NCBI GenBank assembly: GCA_041659205.1 | Contig: JBAZYS010000002.1 | Location: 87,806-151,805, forward strand | Reading direction: 5' to 3' | Source of the DNA: Minisyncoccota bacterium | Lineage (GTDB): Bacteria; Patescibacteriota; Minisyncoccia; Phycocordibacterales; UBA9973 | DNA: 64,000 nucleotides | Shown here: one piece after another, positions 17,123 to 26,985 of the stretch | How the letters are laid out: each line of letters starts with the position of its first letter | Numbering within the stretch: position 1 is the first letter of the stretch | The notes under the pieces: model-generated | What the model was told of the DNA's origin: nothing | The model's input: the letters and a program-made list of their open reading frames with translations, nothing else | Database searches by the model: none | Translations under genes and position numbers: made by a program

Positions 17123-17159
17123 TATATTAAAGTATATCTTAAATGGTATAATTTATACA

Positions 17160-19619
17160 ATGCTTGAAGTAAAAAAAGAGAACAAAAAAACATTGGTATT
17201 ACTGGATGCCCATGCAATCATTCATCGTGCTTATCATGCTCTCCCTGAATTTATGTCTAGTAAGGGTGAACCGACTGGCGCACTTTATGGACTTTCTAGT
17301 ATGCTGATGAAAATAATTACTGAGTTGAAGCCCGATTATATTGTTGCTTGTTATGATTTACCCCACAAAACTTTTAGGCATGATGCTTATGAGGGGTACA
17401 AGGCTGGACGTGCAAAAACTGAGGATGCCCTAATTCTACAGCTAAAAAATTCTCGCCAGATTTTCGAGGGTTTTGGTATTCCAATGTATGATGCTATTGG
17501 TTTCGAGGCAGATGATGTTTTGGGAACAATTGTAGAAAAATATAAAAAAGATAAATATTTAAATATTATTATTGCCTCAGGAGATATGGACACGATGCAA
17601 TTAGTCGACGATAAAAAAGTTCAAGTTTATACTTTGAAAAAAGGAATTAACGATACCATTTTATATGACGAAGATGCGGTGGTAAACCGTTTTCATTTTA
17701 AACCTAAATTTTTACCAGACTATAAGGGCCTTCGTGGCGATCCATCGGACAATATTATCGGCATTAAGGGAATAGGGGAAAAGACGGCTGAAATACTAAT
17801 CACAAATTTTGGAACAATAGAAGAAATTTACAAAAAAATCAAAAAAGATGAGGAGGCTTTCAAAAAAGCAGGCATTAGTCCTCGAATGATTGAGTTGCTT
17901 AAAAACAATGAAGAAGAGGCTATGTTTTCAAAAACCCTAGCGACGATTCGAACTGATGCCCCAATTGGCTTTGAAATACCCACAAAGACTTTTTGGGAGA
18001 GTGCGGACTTAAAAAAAATAGAACAAGTTTTCACCACTTTTGAATTTAGGAGTTTGTTCGGACGTCTTAAAAATTTCTTTGGAAATAATACAGAAAAACT
18101 TGAGAAGAAAGATTCTTTGCCCTACGACGGGCTGCAAAATTCTTCTTCTCAAGTTTTTATGGGACCTCATGACGGGTTGCAGAATCTTTCTTCTCAGATT
18201 TCCCCTAAAAAGTTACAAGAAGCGAGTATTGCTTTGTGGTTAATAAATTCGGATATTTCAAATCCAAAATTGGAAGATGTGTTGATGTTTGCAAATACAG
18301 ATTCTTTTGAAGTAGCTTATGATTATATTTTTAAAAAATTAAAAGAAAACAATTTAGAAAAAGTATATGAAGAAATTGAAAAACCCATCATTCCTATAGT
18401 GAGAGAGATGGAAGACTATGGGATTTTGATAGATAAAAAGTATTTTGAAAAACTGTCAAAAGAATATCATACCGAGTTAGATATTTTAACTAAAAGAATA
18501 TACAAGGAGGCGGGCACAGAGTTTAATATTAATTCTCCTAAGCAGTTGGGTGAAGTTATTTTTGGTAAAATGGGGATACTTCCTCCTGGAAAAAGTAAAA
18601 CAAAAAAAAATGCGAGTGGGGGATTTTCTACGAAAGTTTCTGTTTTAGAAGATCTTGAAGAAGATAATCCAATTATAAAAGAAATATTAGCTTATCGAGA
18701 ATTACAAAAATTACTTTCCACCTATATAGATGTTATACCAAAGATGGTGGGAGATGATGGTCGCCTCCATGCTAAATTTTTGCAAAACGGGACAACAACA
18801 GGTAGATTTTCTTCCCAAGATCCCAATTTACAGAATTTACCAATTAAAACAGAGCTTGGTAAAAGAATTCGAGGCGGATTTATCGCTCAAAAGGGTTACA
18901 AGCTTGCTGCTTTTGATTATAGTCAGATTGAGTTGCGAGTGGCCGCAATGCTCTCCGGAGACAAAAAGATGACCCAAATATTTCGCGAGGGAAAAGACAT
19001 TCATGCTGGAGTAGCCTCTTTCGTTTTTAATGTTCCTCTTGAACAGGTTGATTATGAAATGCGTCGGAAAGCAAAAGTAATAAATTTTGGAATTATTTAT
19101 GGTATGGGAGTTTCTGCTTTGCGGAAAAATCTAGGGGGAGCACGTGAAGAAGCCCAAAAGTTTTATGATAATTATTTTAATCAATTTTCAGGTGTTCGGG
19201 ATTATTTAGAAAATGTTAAAAAATATGCGATGCAGCATCATTTTACAGAAACACTTTTTGGCCGAAAGAGATATTTTCCTAATATAAATTCTAGAATTCC
19301 TTTTTTGAAAAATATGGCGGAACGTACTGCCACAAATGCACCCGTTCAAGGTACGGCAACAGCAGATATAATCAAGTTAGCTATAAGGTATGGGGAAGAG
19401 GATTTAAAAAATGCCGGACTTCTGGAAAAGACTCATTTAGTGCTTCAAATTCATGATGAGCTTGTGTATGAAATTGAAGAAAAAGAATTAAAAAAAGCTG
19501 AAAAGATAATAAAAAATGCGATGAACGGAGTTCTAGAGAGGTCTTTTTTACACTACAAAACGGATATTCCGCTTGAAATCCACTCTGGTTCCGGGGACAA
19601 TTTTATGGAAGTTAAGTGA
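17160..19619 (+). CDS. polA: DNA polymerase I (5'-3' exonuclease + polymerase domains)
   Basis: N-terminal 5' nuclease (LLDAHAIIHRAYHAL) and C-terminal pol A family motifs (RRKAKVINFGIIYG, QIHDELV). Start moved to the ATG at 17160 (MLEVKK...); the ORF-track start at 17043 overlaps pilB. Confidence 0.9.
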   Translation: MLEVKKENKKTLVLLDAHAIIHRAYHALPEFMSSKGEPTGALYGLSSMLMKIITELKPDYIVACYDLPHKTFRHDAYEGYKAGRAKTEDALILQLKNSRQIFEGFGIPMYDAIGFEADDVLGTIVEKYKKDKYLNIIIASGDMDTMQLVDDKKVQVYTLKKGINDTILYDEDAVVNRFHFKPKFLPDYKGLRGDPSDNIIGIKGIGEKTAEILITNFGTIEEIYKKIKKDEEAFKKAGISPRMIELLKNNEEEAMFSKTLATIRTDAPIGFEIPTKTFWESADLKKIEQVFTTFEFRSLFGRLKNFFGNNTEKLEKKDSLPYDGLQNSSSQVFMGPHDGLQNLSSQISPKKLQEASIALWLINSDISNPKLEDVLMFANTDSFEVAYDYIFKKLKENNLEKVYEEIEKPIIPIVREMEDYGILIDKKYFEKLSKEYHTELDILTKRIYKEAGTEFNINSPKQLGEVIFGKMGILPPGKSKTKKNASGGFSTKVSVLEDLEEDNPIIKEILAYRELQKLLSTYIDVIPKMVGDDGRLHAKFLQNGTTTGRFSSQDPNLQNLPIKTELGKRIRGGFIAQKGYKLAAFDYSQIELRVAAMLSGDKKMTQIFREGKDIHAGVASFVFNVPLEQVDYEMRRKAKVINFGIIYGMGVSALRKNLGGAREEAQKFYDNYFNQFSGVRDYLENVKKYAMQHHFTETLFGRKRYFPNINSRIPFLKNMAERTATNAPVQGTATADIIKLAIRYGEEDLKNAGLLEKTHLVLQIHDELVYEIEEKELKKAEKIIKNAMNGVLERSFLHYKTDIPLEIHSGSGDNFMEVK
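18099..18197 (+). mobile_element. in-frame palindromic insertion element within the polA inter-domain linker (encodes ...EKKDSLPYDGLQNSSSQVFMGPHDGLQNLSSQ...)
   Basis: A perfect 16-bp inverted repeat TGAGAAGAAAGATTCT (18101..18116) pairs with AGAATCTTTCTTCTCA (18181..18196). The right half is internally duplicated (18117..18153 resembles 18160..18197). A 51-nt stretch (aligned without gaps) is 45/51 identical to uvrA 24768..24822. Confidence 0.7.
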
Positions 19620-20113
19620 GATATTTGTGCTACAATATAGGGATGGAAAGTAGTGACAAAAACAGTATCCCAAAGCATGCTATACATAAAGTTTTAGCTG
19701 ATTCTTATACTGTACATTTTATTTTATTTTTGATCGGGGTAGTTCTCGATTTGATTTTTAATTTTCAATTTTTTAGCAGCACACTAGTAACACCATTTGG
19801 TATTTTCTTTTTAATTTTAGGCACATTTTTGGTTTTTTGGGCACAGAAAACTTCCCGAAATATTAAAAAAGAAAACATAAGTAAAGAGACTTTTTGTAAA
19901 GGGCCTTATTGCTATACGAGAACCCCTACTAATTTTGGGCTTTTGTTTTTAGTATTAGGTTTTGGTTTAATTATTAATGCTTTTTTTGTAGTTTTATCTG
20001 CATTCATATCATTCATTGTTTCAAAGCTTATATTTTTAAAAAAACAAGAAAAAATGTTAGCTTCTAAATATGGTGCACCTTATCTCGAGTATAAAAAAAC
20101 GGTTAAATTTTAG
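19616..20113 (+). CDS. membrane methyltransferase-family protein (ICMT/PEMT-like)
   Basis: Multi-TM protein. KGPYCYTRTPTNFG resembles the isoprenylcysteine/phospholipid methyltransferase GPYxxVRHPxYxG motif. Confidence 0.45.
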   Translation: MRYLCYNIGMESSDKNSIPKHAIHKVLADSYTVHFILFLIGVVLDLIFNFQFFSSTLVTPFGIFFLILGTFLVFWAQKTSRNIKKENISKETFCKGPYCYTRTPTNFGLLFLVLGFGLIINAFFVVLSAFISFIVSKLIFLKKQEKMLASKYGAPYLEYKKTVKF

Positions 20114-20122
20114 TGATTATTT

Positions 20123-20788
20123 ATGTTGTATCTTTTTTCTGGAGACGATTCTAAAAACAAAATTTTAAATTATGAAAAATTTATGAAATCCCTGTCTGCG
20201 CAGGCAGGTATGCCTGCCGAGGCAGAGATTTTTTTTGTAAATCGAAACGATTTTAATCCAATGCAAATTGAGAGTTTTTATTCTGGGGCAAGCCTTTTTT
20301 CTATTTTATCTACAATAGTTTTTCAAAATATTCTTGATTATGAAGAAACAAGAGATTTTGTTTTAGATAGATTAAATCAAATGGGTGAATCTCAAAATTC
20401 TTTTATTTTTCTAGAAAGTAAATTAAATAAACCTATATTAGATGCTTTTAAAAAAGCACGTGCAGAGCTAAATGTTTTTGAAATACCAAAAGAAAAAAAA
20501 GAAAAATTTGATAATTTTTTACTGGCGAACGCTTTCGCAGATAAAAATAAGTTAAATACTTGGATTTATTTTCGTCAGGCAGTAGACCTTGGGGTAGGCA
20601 TGGAAGAGCTTGTGGGTGTTCTTTTCTGGAAAATTAAAGATATGCTTTTAAAGCATAATTTTAGCAAATTCAGCGAAGAACAATTAAAAGGCTTTGCTAC
20701 TAATATTTCTTACCTTTTGCCCGAGGCTCGTAAAAAAGGTCTTGATGCAGAGGCAGTTTTTGAAAAATTTTTACTTGACGCTTTTTAA
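20123..20788 (+). CDS. hypothetical protein (weakly DNA polymerase III delta-like N-terminus)
   Basis: MLYLFSGDD start resembles HolA. 221 aa. No verified motif. Confidence 0.25.
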   Translation: MLYLFSGDDSKNKILNYEKFMKSLSAQAGMPAEAEIFFVNRNDFNPMQIESFYSGASLFSILSTIVFQNILDYEETRDFVLDRLNQMGESQNSFIFLESKLNKPILDAFKKARAELNVFEIPKEKKEKFDNFLLANAFADKNKLNTWIYFRQAVDLGVGMEELVGVLFWKIKDMLLKHNFSKFSEEQLKGFATNISYLLPEARKKGLDAEAVFEKFLLDAF

Positions 20789-20791
20789 TAT

Positions 20792-21079
20792 ATGAAAAAA
20801 GAATTATTTTGCATAATTAGAGGTAGCGTTCAAGGGGTTATGTTTCGAGATTTTGTTCAAAGAAAAGCAGAAGGTTTGAACATTGTCGGCACCGTAAAAA
20901 ATAAGACAGATGGTTCCGTAGAAGTTGTCGCAATAGGGGAAGAGGAAAACTTACAAAAATTACTAAGCTTTCTTAAAAAAGGGCCACTTCTTACTAGAAT
21001 AAAATTAAAAGTCACTAATGTGGAAGTAAGGTTTAGTGAGCCAACAGAAAGTTTTTTAAATTTTAAAATAATATATTAA
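20792..21079 (+). CDS. acyP: acylphosphatase
   Basis: VQGVMFR motif and ~95 aa size typical of AcyP. Confidence 0.8.
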   Translation: MKKELFCIIRGSVQGVMFRDFVQRKAEGLNIVGTVKNKTDGSVEVVAIGEEENLQKLLSFLKKGPLLTRIKLKVTNVEVRFSEPTESFLNFKIIY

Positions 21080-21084
21080 AAGTA

Positions 21085-21783
21085 ATGATTAAAAAAATTG
21101 AGTGTATGGCGATGATAATGGACGGTAATCGTCGCTGGGCGAAAGAAAAAAACCTTCCGACTTTTGAAGGGCATCGTATCGGCTATAATAAAATGAAAGA
21201 AGTGGCAGATTGGTGTATAAAAGAAGAAATACCAAACTTAATTTTGTATGCTTTTTCAATTGAAAACTGGCAACGTACAGAGGAAGAGGTTTCTTATTTA
21301 ATGAATTTAATAAAACAATTAATTAGTAAAGAATTCTCTCTGCTTCAAGAAAAAGGTATAAAAGTAAGCTTTATTGGTGACCTGTCTTTGGTCCCAGAGG
21401 ATATAAAAAAATTAATTAAAAAAACAGAAAATGAGACTGTGCGGTTTCAAAAATTGCACCTTGTTGTGGCTTTTTCCTATGGAGGAAGAAGAGAAATCCT
21501 TAATGCATTAAAAGAAATTTCGAAAGTTAAAAATAAGGAAGAGATTGAAGATCTTACTGAAGAAGGATTTTCAAAATATTTATGGACAAATAAACTTAGG
21601 ATTCCAGATCCTGACTTAGTTCTTCGTACAAGCGGGGAGATGCGTTTGTCTAATTTTTTACCGTGGCAGTCTGTTTATAGTGAACTTTTTTTTATAAAGA
21701 CCTATTGGCCAGATTTTAAAAATGAAGAATTTAAGAAAATCCTCGAAGAGTTTTCTTTAAGGCAAAGGAGGTTGGGGAAGTAG
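21085..21783 (+). CDS. uppS: undecaprenyl diphosphate synthase
   Basis: DGNRRWA motif and cis-prenyltransferase fold signatures (RTSGE..LSNFLPWQ). Confidence 0.9.
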   Translation: MIKKIECMAMIMDGNRRWAKEKNLPTFEGHRIGYNKMKEVADWCIKEEIPNLILYAFSIENWQRTEEEVSYLMNLIKQLISKEFSLLQEKGIKVSFIGDLSLVPEDIKKLIKKTENETVRFQKLHLVVAFSYGGRREILNALKEISKVKNKEEIEDLTEEGFSKYLWTNKLRIPDPDLVLRTSGEMRLSNFLPWQSVYSELFFIKTYWPDFKNEEFKKILEEFSLRQRRLGK

Positions 21784-21788
21784 AATTG

Positions 21789-21861
21789 TGCGCCCGCTCG
21801 GGATCGAACCGAGGACCTTATCCTTAAAAGGGATCTGCTCTACCAGCTGAGCTACGGGCGC
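21789..21861 (-). tRNA. tRNA-Lys (anticodon TTT)
   Basis: 73-nt cloverleaf on the minus strand (GCGCCCGTAGCTCAGCTGGTAGAGCAGATCCCTTTTAAGGATAAGG...GGGCGCA). Anticodon loop CTTTTAA. Confidence 0.85.
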
Positions 21862-21907
21862 ATATTATTTAATTAAATTAAGAACATTCTTTTGTAGTCA
21901 GTTGAAT

Positions 21908-21932
21908 CTGCTACAGCTGAGCTATGGGCGCA
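21908..21932 (-). pseudogene. partial duplicate of the tRNA-Lys 5' region (about 25 nt plus the CATAT(T/A)AT flank)
   Basis: CTGCTACAGCTGAGCTATGGGCGCATATAAT versus tRNA CTGCTCTACCAGCTGAGCTACGGGCGCATATTAT, about 45 bp away. Confidence 0.5.
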
Positions 21933-21979
21933 TATAATCTAACGACTTACCAAAACAGCAACAGACGCTTCAAAAACAC

Positions 21980-24208
21980 ATGTCTTATGATAGTATAAGA
22001 AATATGCTCAAAAATCAAGGAAAACATGAGAATATATTTAAATTACACAACCCCTTTCAACCCGCAGGAGATCAACCCGCAGCTATTTTAGGGCTTGTGG
22101 AGGGACTTAAAAAGGGAATGAAAAAGCAGACATTGCTCGGTGCCACAGGCACAGGGAAGACTTTTACCATGGCAAATGTGATTACCCAATATAACAAACC
22201 GACTCTAGTGATAGCGCACAATAAAACACTTGCAGCTCAGCTTGCTCAAGAGTTCCGTGAATTTTTTCCCGAATCCGCAGTGCATTATTTTGTTTCATAT
22301 TATGATTATTACCAGCCAGAAGCCTACATGCCTGCATCAGATACTTATATTGAAAAAGATGCTTCGATAAACAAAGAGATAGATAGACTTCGACATGCTA
22401 CAACCCAAGCACTCTTAACCAGAAGAGACGTTATAATCGTCGCATCTGTTTCTTGTATTTATGGTTTGGGAAGTCCTGCAGAATATGAAAAAGTAAATCT
22501 TAAATTAGAGCTTGGAATGAAGCTCGATAGACTAACCTTAATGAAAAAGTTAATTGGAATTCATTTTGAACGTACAAATGCAGATTTGAATCCTGGGCAG
22601 TTTAGATCTATCGGTTCAAGGGTAGAATTTATGCCGGTTTCAGAAATTATTATGTATCAAGTGGAATTTTCGGGAACAAAAATTTCTCAAATAACAAAAA
22701 TTGACCCGATTTCTTCACAAATAATTAAACAGGAAGAAAATGTTTTTATTTTCCCTGCAAAACATTTTATTACCGAAGAAGGAAAGAAGAAAAAAGCTTT
22801 GGTGGAAATAAAAAAAGAATTAACAAAGCAATTAAAAAAATTTGAAAAAGAAGGAAAACTTTTAGAAGCTGAGAGAATAAAAAGGCGTACAAACTATGAC
22901 CTCGCAATGATAAAAGAGGTGGGGTATTGCAACGGTATCGAAAATTATTCTCGTCATTTGTCTGGCAAAAAAGAAGGTGAACCACCAGAAACATTATTTT
23001 CTTATTTTCCTCATACGAAAGAAGGAAAAGCAGATTTTTTAACTATCGTTGATGAGTCACACGTAACCTTGCCTCAACTTCAGGGTATGTATGCAGGCGA
23101 TGCTTCTCGTAAAAATACTCTTGTGGAATATGGTTTTCGTTTACCTTCAGCAAAAGATAATAGACCTTTAAAATACGAAGAATTTAGCAAAGTTATTGGT
23201 CCTATAATCTATACAAGTGCGACTCCGAGCGAGCAAGAACGCAGTCAGAGTGAACAAATTGTGGAGCAAATAATTCGTCCTACCGGACTCATTGATCCAG
23301 AGACGATAGTTCGACCAGTGAGTGCTGATAAGGCAAGTGATCAATCTTTTGCTCAGGATCCTGCTTTGCAACGTCACCATTCACAAAAGTCTGCCCCCTT
23401 GTCTTATCCTGGTCAAATTCAAGATTTTATTAAAGAAACAGAACTAACTATCAAAAAAGGTTTTCGAGTCCTTGCCACGACATTGACAAAAAAAATGGCC
23501 GAAGACCTTTCTGTGTATCTAAAAGATAAAAAAATAAAAGCAGAGTATCTACACAGTGATATTAAAACGATGGACCGGATTAAAATTCTTACTCAGTTTC
23601 GAAAAGGGGACTTTGATGTTTTAGTAGGGGTAAATTTACTTCGTGAAGGACTCGATTTGCCAGAGGTGGCATTGATAGGGATCCTCGATGCTGATAAGGC
23701 AGGATTTTTGCGTTCAGAAACGTCATTAATTCAGACCATAGGAAGAGCAGCCCGCAACAGCGAAGGCAAAGTGATTCTTTATGCAGACATCATGACCGAT
23801 GCAATGGAATATGCTTTAAGTGAGACGGCACGTCGCAGAAACATACAAATTGCTTATAATAAAAAAAATGGAATCACTCCGAAAACAATTATCAAAAAAA
23901 TTAAAGACATTACAGAAGAGCTGGAGAGCGAACATGGAAAAGTTGTGAATGCAGAGCTTGCATTAGACGTCGAATTGTTTAAAAAAGCATTTGCTAAAGA
24001 TAAAAGTAATAAAGGAAAAAATGAATCAGACTCAATAAAGAATTTATTATTGTCAGATGAGGAACGCAACCTCGTTGTTTATAAAAAAATAATAACCATC
24101 AAGGAAAAAGAAATGAACAAAGCGGTAAAAGAGTTAGATTTTGAAACTGCTGCAATTCTCCGTGACGAGATAGTAGTACTTAAAACAAGATTGGAAATTA
24201 AAGAATAA
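21980..24208 (+). CDS. uvrB: excinuclease ABC subunit B
   Basis: Walker A GATGTGKTFT. Helicase motifs. C-terminal UVR domain. Contains an extra ~30-aa segment at 23320..23410. Confidence 0.95.
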   Translation: MSYDSIRNMLKNQGKHENIFKLHNPFQPAGDQPAAILGLVEGLKKGMKKQTLLGATGTGKTFTMANVITQYNKPTLVIAHNKTLAAQLAQEFREFFPESAVHYFVSYYDYYQPEAYMPASDTYIEKDASINKEIDRLRHATTQALLTRRDVIIVASVSCIYGLGSPAEYEKVNLKLELGMKLDRLTLMKKLIGIHFERTNADLNPGQFRSIGSRVEFMPVSEIIMYQVEFSGTKISQITKIDPISSQIIKQEENVFIFPAKHFITEEGKKKKALVEIKKELTKQLKKFEKEGKLLEAERIKRRTNYDLAMIKEVGYCNGIENYSRHLSGKKEGEPPETLFSYFPHTKEGKADFLTIVDESHVTLPQLQGMYAGDASRKNTLVEYGFRLPSAKDNRPLKYEEFSKVIGPIIYTSATPSEQERSQSEQIVEQIIRPTGLIDPETIVRPVSADKASDQSFAQDPALQRHHSQKSAPLSYPGQIQDFIKETELTIKKGFRVLATTLTKKMAEDLSVYLKDKKIKAEYLHSDIKTMDRIKILTQFRKGDFDVLVGVNLLREGLDLPEVALIGILDADKAGFLRSETSLIQTIGRAARNSEGKVILYADIMTDAMEYALSETARRRNIQIAYNKKNGITPKTIIKKIKDITEELESEHGKVVNAELALDVELFKKAFAKDKSNKGKNESDSIKNLLLSDEERNLVVYKKIITIKEKEMNKAVKELDFETAAILRDEIVVLKTRLEIKE

Positions 24209-24314
24209 TACAAGACTTTTTAGAGTTTTTGTGGTATAGTGTTGGTAGTTGAATATAGATACACACCCCCTATGAACACGGCGGGGTGTAGTTGTGTTAT
24301 ATAGCTTAATTTTT

Positions 24315-26981
24315 ATGAAAACAGAGAAAAATATAGAAAAAATAACAGTAAAAGGGGCACGGACTCATAACCTAAAGAATATAAACGTCGAAATGCCAAG
24401 GAATAAAATGGTAGTTATTACTGGTGTTTCGGGATCTGGAAAGTCATCCCTTGCTTTCGATACTATTTTTGCGGAGGGACAGCGCAGGTATATAGAGTCT
24501 CTCTCTTCTTATGCGCGACAATTTTTAAACCAAATGCCGAAACCAGACGTGGATGAGATTACGGGGCTTTCGCCAGCAATTTCTATTGACCAAAAATCAC
24601 GTTCCAATAATCCTCGTTCAACAGTAGCAACGATTACAGAGATTTATGATTACCTCCGAGTGATGTATGCCCGTATCGGGCATCCGCATTGCCCCGAGTG
24701 TGGAGAAGAAATTAAAAAACTTTCAAATGAAGAAATTTTAAATTTTGTTTTAGAAAAAATAAAGAATTTAGAGAAGAAGAATTTTTTGCCCTACGACGAT
24801 CTGCAGAATTCCTCTTCTCAAGGTCTTAAGAATGGTAAAAGAAAAATTATGGGGGTGGAGTTTGATGAAACCCAAATTAGTATTTTTTCTCCTATTGTTC
24901 GTGGGCGGAAAGGGGAATATTATCAATTACTTTATGATTTACTTGGAAAAGGTTTTGCGGAAATCCGTCTCGATGGAGTGATAAAGAAACTTCGCGAGCA
25001 AATTACCCTTTCTAAAAACAAAAAACATAATATAGATATAATGGTGGATACTTTTGCGGTACATGAATTTAAGGATAGTCCTGAAGTAAGTCGGATGAGA
25101 CTTTCCGAAGCCTTAGAGCATGCTTTAATTGAGTCCGATGGTTTGGTGACGATTAAAATTGCAGATGATGAATTTATTATGTCCGCAAAGTTTGCTTGTA
25201 AGAATGATGGATTTTCTTTTCCAGAAGTTGAGCCTAGACTTTTTTCTTTCAACTCTCCTTATGGAGCATGTCCGACTTGTAATGGGCTCGGGTCAAAATA
25301 TTTTATGGGTGATGAGCCTTGCGATACTTGTCATGGAGCACGCTTGCGTCCTGAAGCTTTAAATGTTTTTCTGGAGGCAGATGTCGTGGGGGAGAAGGGC
25401 AAAGTCAAAAAGAGTAAAGTAAATATTTTAGACCTTGCTTCACTTTCAATAAAAGACGCACATGATTTCTTCAAGAATTTAAAACTTACAGATCAAGAAA
25501 AAGAAATATCTGTTCCCGTGGTGCGAGAGATTGAAGCTCGGTTACAATTTATGTTAGATGTTGGACTTGATTATTTGCAACTTTCACGCAAAGCCAACAC
25601 TCTCTCTGGAGGAGAAGCGCAGCGTATTCGCCTCGCCTCCCAGCTCGGCTCAAGGCTTGTGGGAGCACTTTACGTGCTTGATGAGCCGACGATAGGGCTT
25701 CATCAGCGAGACAATGATAGACTCATAAAAACCTTACAAAACCTTCGTGATTTAGGGAATACAATATTAATTGTGGAGCATGACGAAGACACGATTTATG
25801 CCTCAGATTATATTGTAGATATTGGACACAAAGCCGGAGTACACGGCGGAGAAGTTATTGTTTCTGGCTACCTTGAAGATTTATTAACGGCAAAAAAGAA
25901 TACAAATAATTCTCGAACGCTTGCCTATTTAAGAGAAGAAGCGAAAATTGAAATTCCTAAAAAGCGACGAGAGGCAAAAGGAGTTCTACGGATTGCTGGT
26001 GGAAATATTTTTAACATAAATAATTTAAATGTAGAAATACCTCTTGGGGTGATGACATCTATCACCGGAGTATCCGGTTCTGGGAAAAGTTCTTTTATGT
26101 ATGAAATTCTTTATAAAAATCTTCAAGCTCGTTATGAAAGAAAATACCGCACTGCCAAAGTTTTTAATTGTTCTTCATTTTCTGGAACCGAATATTTATC
26201 TCGCGCTATTTTAATTGATCAATCACCGATCGGCCGGACTCCTCGTTCCAACGTGGCTACTTATACTGGCGCGTTTACCCATATTCGAGATATCTTTGCT
26301 ACGACCGAGGAAGCAAGACTCCGTGGATGGAAAGCAAATCGTTTTTCTTTTAACGTAAAAGGTGGACGTTGTGAAGCTTGCGAAGGAAATGGAGAAATAG
26401 CGGTAGAGATGCATTTCTTGCCGACCGTTTATGTTACTTGTGATGTTTGTGATGGTAAACGTTTTAATAAAGATACCCTCACTGTAAAATATAAAAAGAA
26501 AAATATTTATGAAGTGCTTCGCATGACCGTAGAAAATGGATTAATCTTTTTTAAAGATATTCCTTCTATTTCAGACAGACTTCAAACACTTATGGATGTA
26601 GGCCTTGGTTATCTTGAGCTTGGACAATCCGCAACCACGCTTTCAGGGGGAGAAGCTCAGAGAGTAAAAATATCTAGTGAACTTTATCGTCCACACTTAG
26701 AGAAAACCATTTACCTTTTGGATGAACCGACGGTTGGTTTACATTATGATGATGTTCATAAACTTTTAGAAGTCTTAAATAAATTAGTTTCTAAAGGGAA
26801 TACCGTTGTACTCATTGAACACAATTTGGACATTGTGAAAAGCTCAGATTATATAATAGATATTGGTCCTGAGGGAGGAGTAAATGGTGGTAATATAGTA
26901 GCTAAGGGGACACCAGAAGAGGTGGCTAATAATGCTAAAAGTTATACTGGAAAATATCTCAAAAAGGTTTTACGCAAATAG
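24315..26981 (+). CDS. uvrA: excinuclease ABC subunit A
   Basis: [12 protein letters not shown]-terminus. Two ABC ATPase modules ([20 protein letters not shown]) and zinc fingers. Start set at ATG 24315 ([19 protein letters not shown]); the ORF track gives 24294. Confidence 0.95.
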   Translation: MKTEKNIEKITVKGARTHNLKNINVEMPRNKMVVITGVSGSGKSSLAFDTIFAEGQRRYIESLSSYARQFLNQMPKPDVDEITGLSPAISIDQKSRSNNPRSTVATITEIYDYLRVMYARIGHPHCPECGEEIKKLSNEEILNFVLEKIKNLEKKNFLPYDDLQNSSSQGLKNGKRKIMGVEFDETQISIFSPIVRGRKGEYYQLLYDLLGKGFAEIRLDGVIKKLREQITLSKNKKHNIDIMVDTFAVHEFKDSPEVSRMRLSEALEHALIESDGLVTIKIADDEFIMSAKFACKNDGFSFPEVEPRLFSFNSPYGACPTCNGLGSKYFMGDEPCDTCHGARLRPEALNVFLEADVVGEKGKVKKSKVNILDLASLSIKDAHDFFKNLKLTDQEKEISVPVVREIEARLQFMLDVGLDYLQLSRKANTLSGGEAQRIRLASQLGSRLVGALYVLDEPTIGLHQRDNDRLIKTLQNLRDLGNTILIVEHDEDTIYASDYIVDIGHKAGVHGGEVIVSGYLEDLLTAKKNTNNSRTLAYLREEAKIEIPKKRREAKGVLRIAGGNIFNINNLNVEIPLGVMTSITGVSGSGKSSFMYEILYKNLQARYERKYRTAKVFNCSSFSGTEYLSRAILIDQSPIGRTPRSNVATYTGAFTHIRDIFATTEEARLRGWKANRFSFNVKGGRCEACEGNGEIAVEMHFLPTVYVTCDVCDGKRFNKDTLTVKYKKKNIYEVLRMTVENGLIFFKDIPSISDRLQTLMDVGLGYLELGQSATTLSGGEAQRVKISSELYRPHLEKTIYLLDEPTVGLHYDDVHKLLEVLNKLVSKGNTVVLIEHNLDIVKSSDYIIDIGPEGGVNGGNIVAKGTPEEVANNAKSYTGKYLKKVLRK
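24768..24822 (+). mobile_element. in-frame palindromic insertion element within uvrA (encodes ...[17 protein letters not shown]...), homologous to the polA insertion
   Basis: GAGAAGAAGAATT (24771..24783) and AATTCCTCTTCTC (24807..24819) form a 12/13-bp inverted repeat around TTTTGCCCTACGACGATCTGCAG. It is near-identical at the nucleotide level to polA 18099..18153. Confidence 0.7.
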
Positions 26982-26985
26982 AAAT

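Noticed and set aside
17043-17159. Upstream extension of polA to 17043
   Set aside because: It overlaps the 5' end of divergent pilB on the other strand and encodes a Cys/Ser-rich non-homologous leader. The canonical 5'-nuclease N-terminus starts at MLEVKK (ATG 17160).
24268-24290. Hairpin ACACCCC-CTATGAACACGGC-GGGGTGT between uvrB and uvrA as a terminator
   Set aside because: It is not followed by a T-tract and overlaps the probable uvrA ribosome-binding region. More likely it is a regulatory or incidental structure. It is noted but not called.
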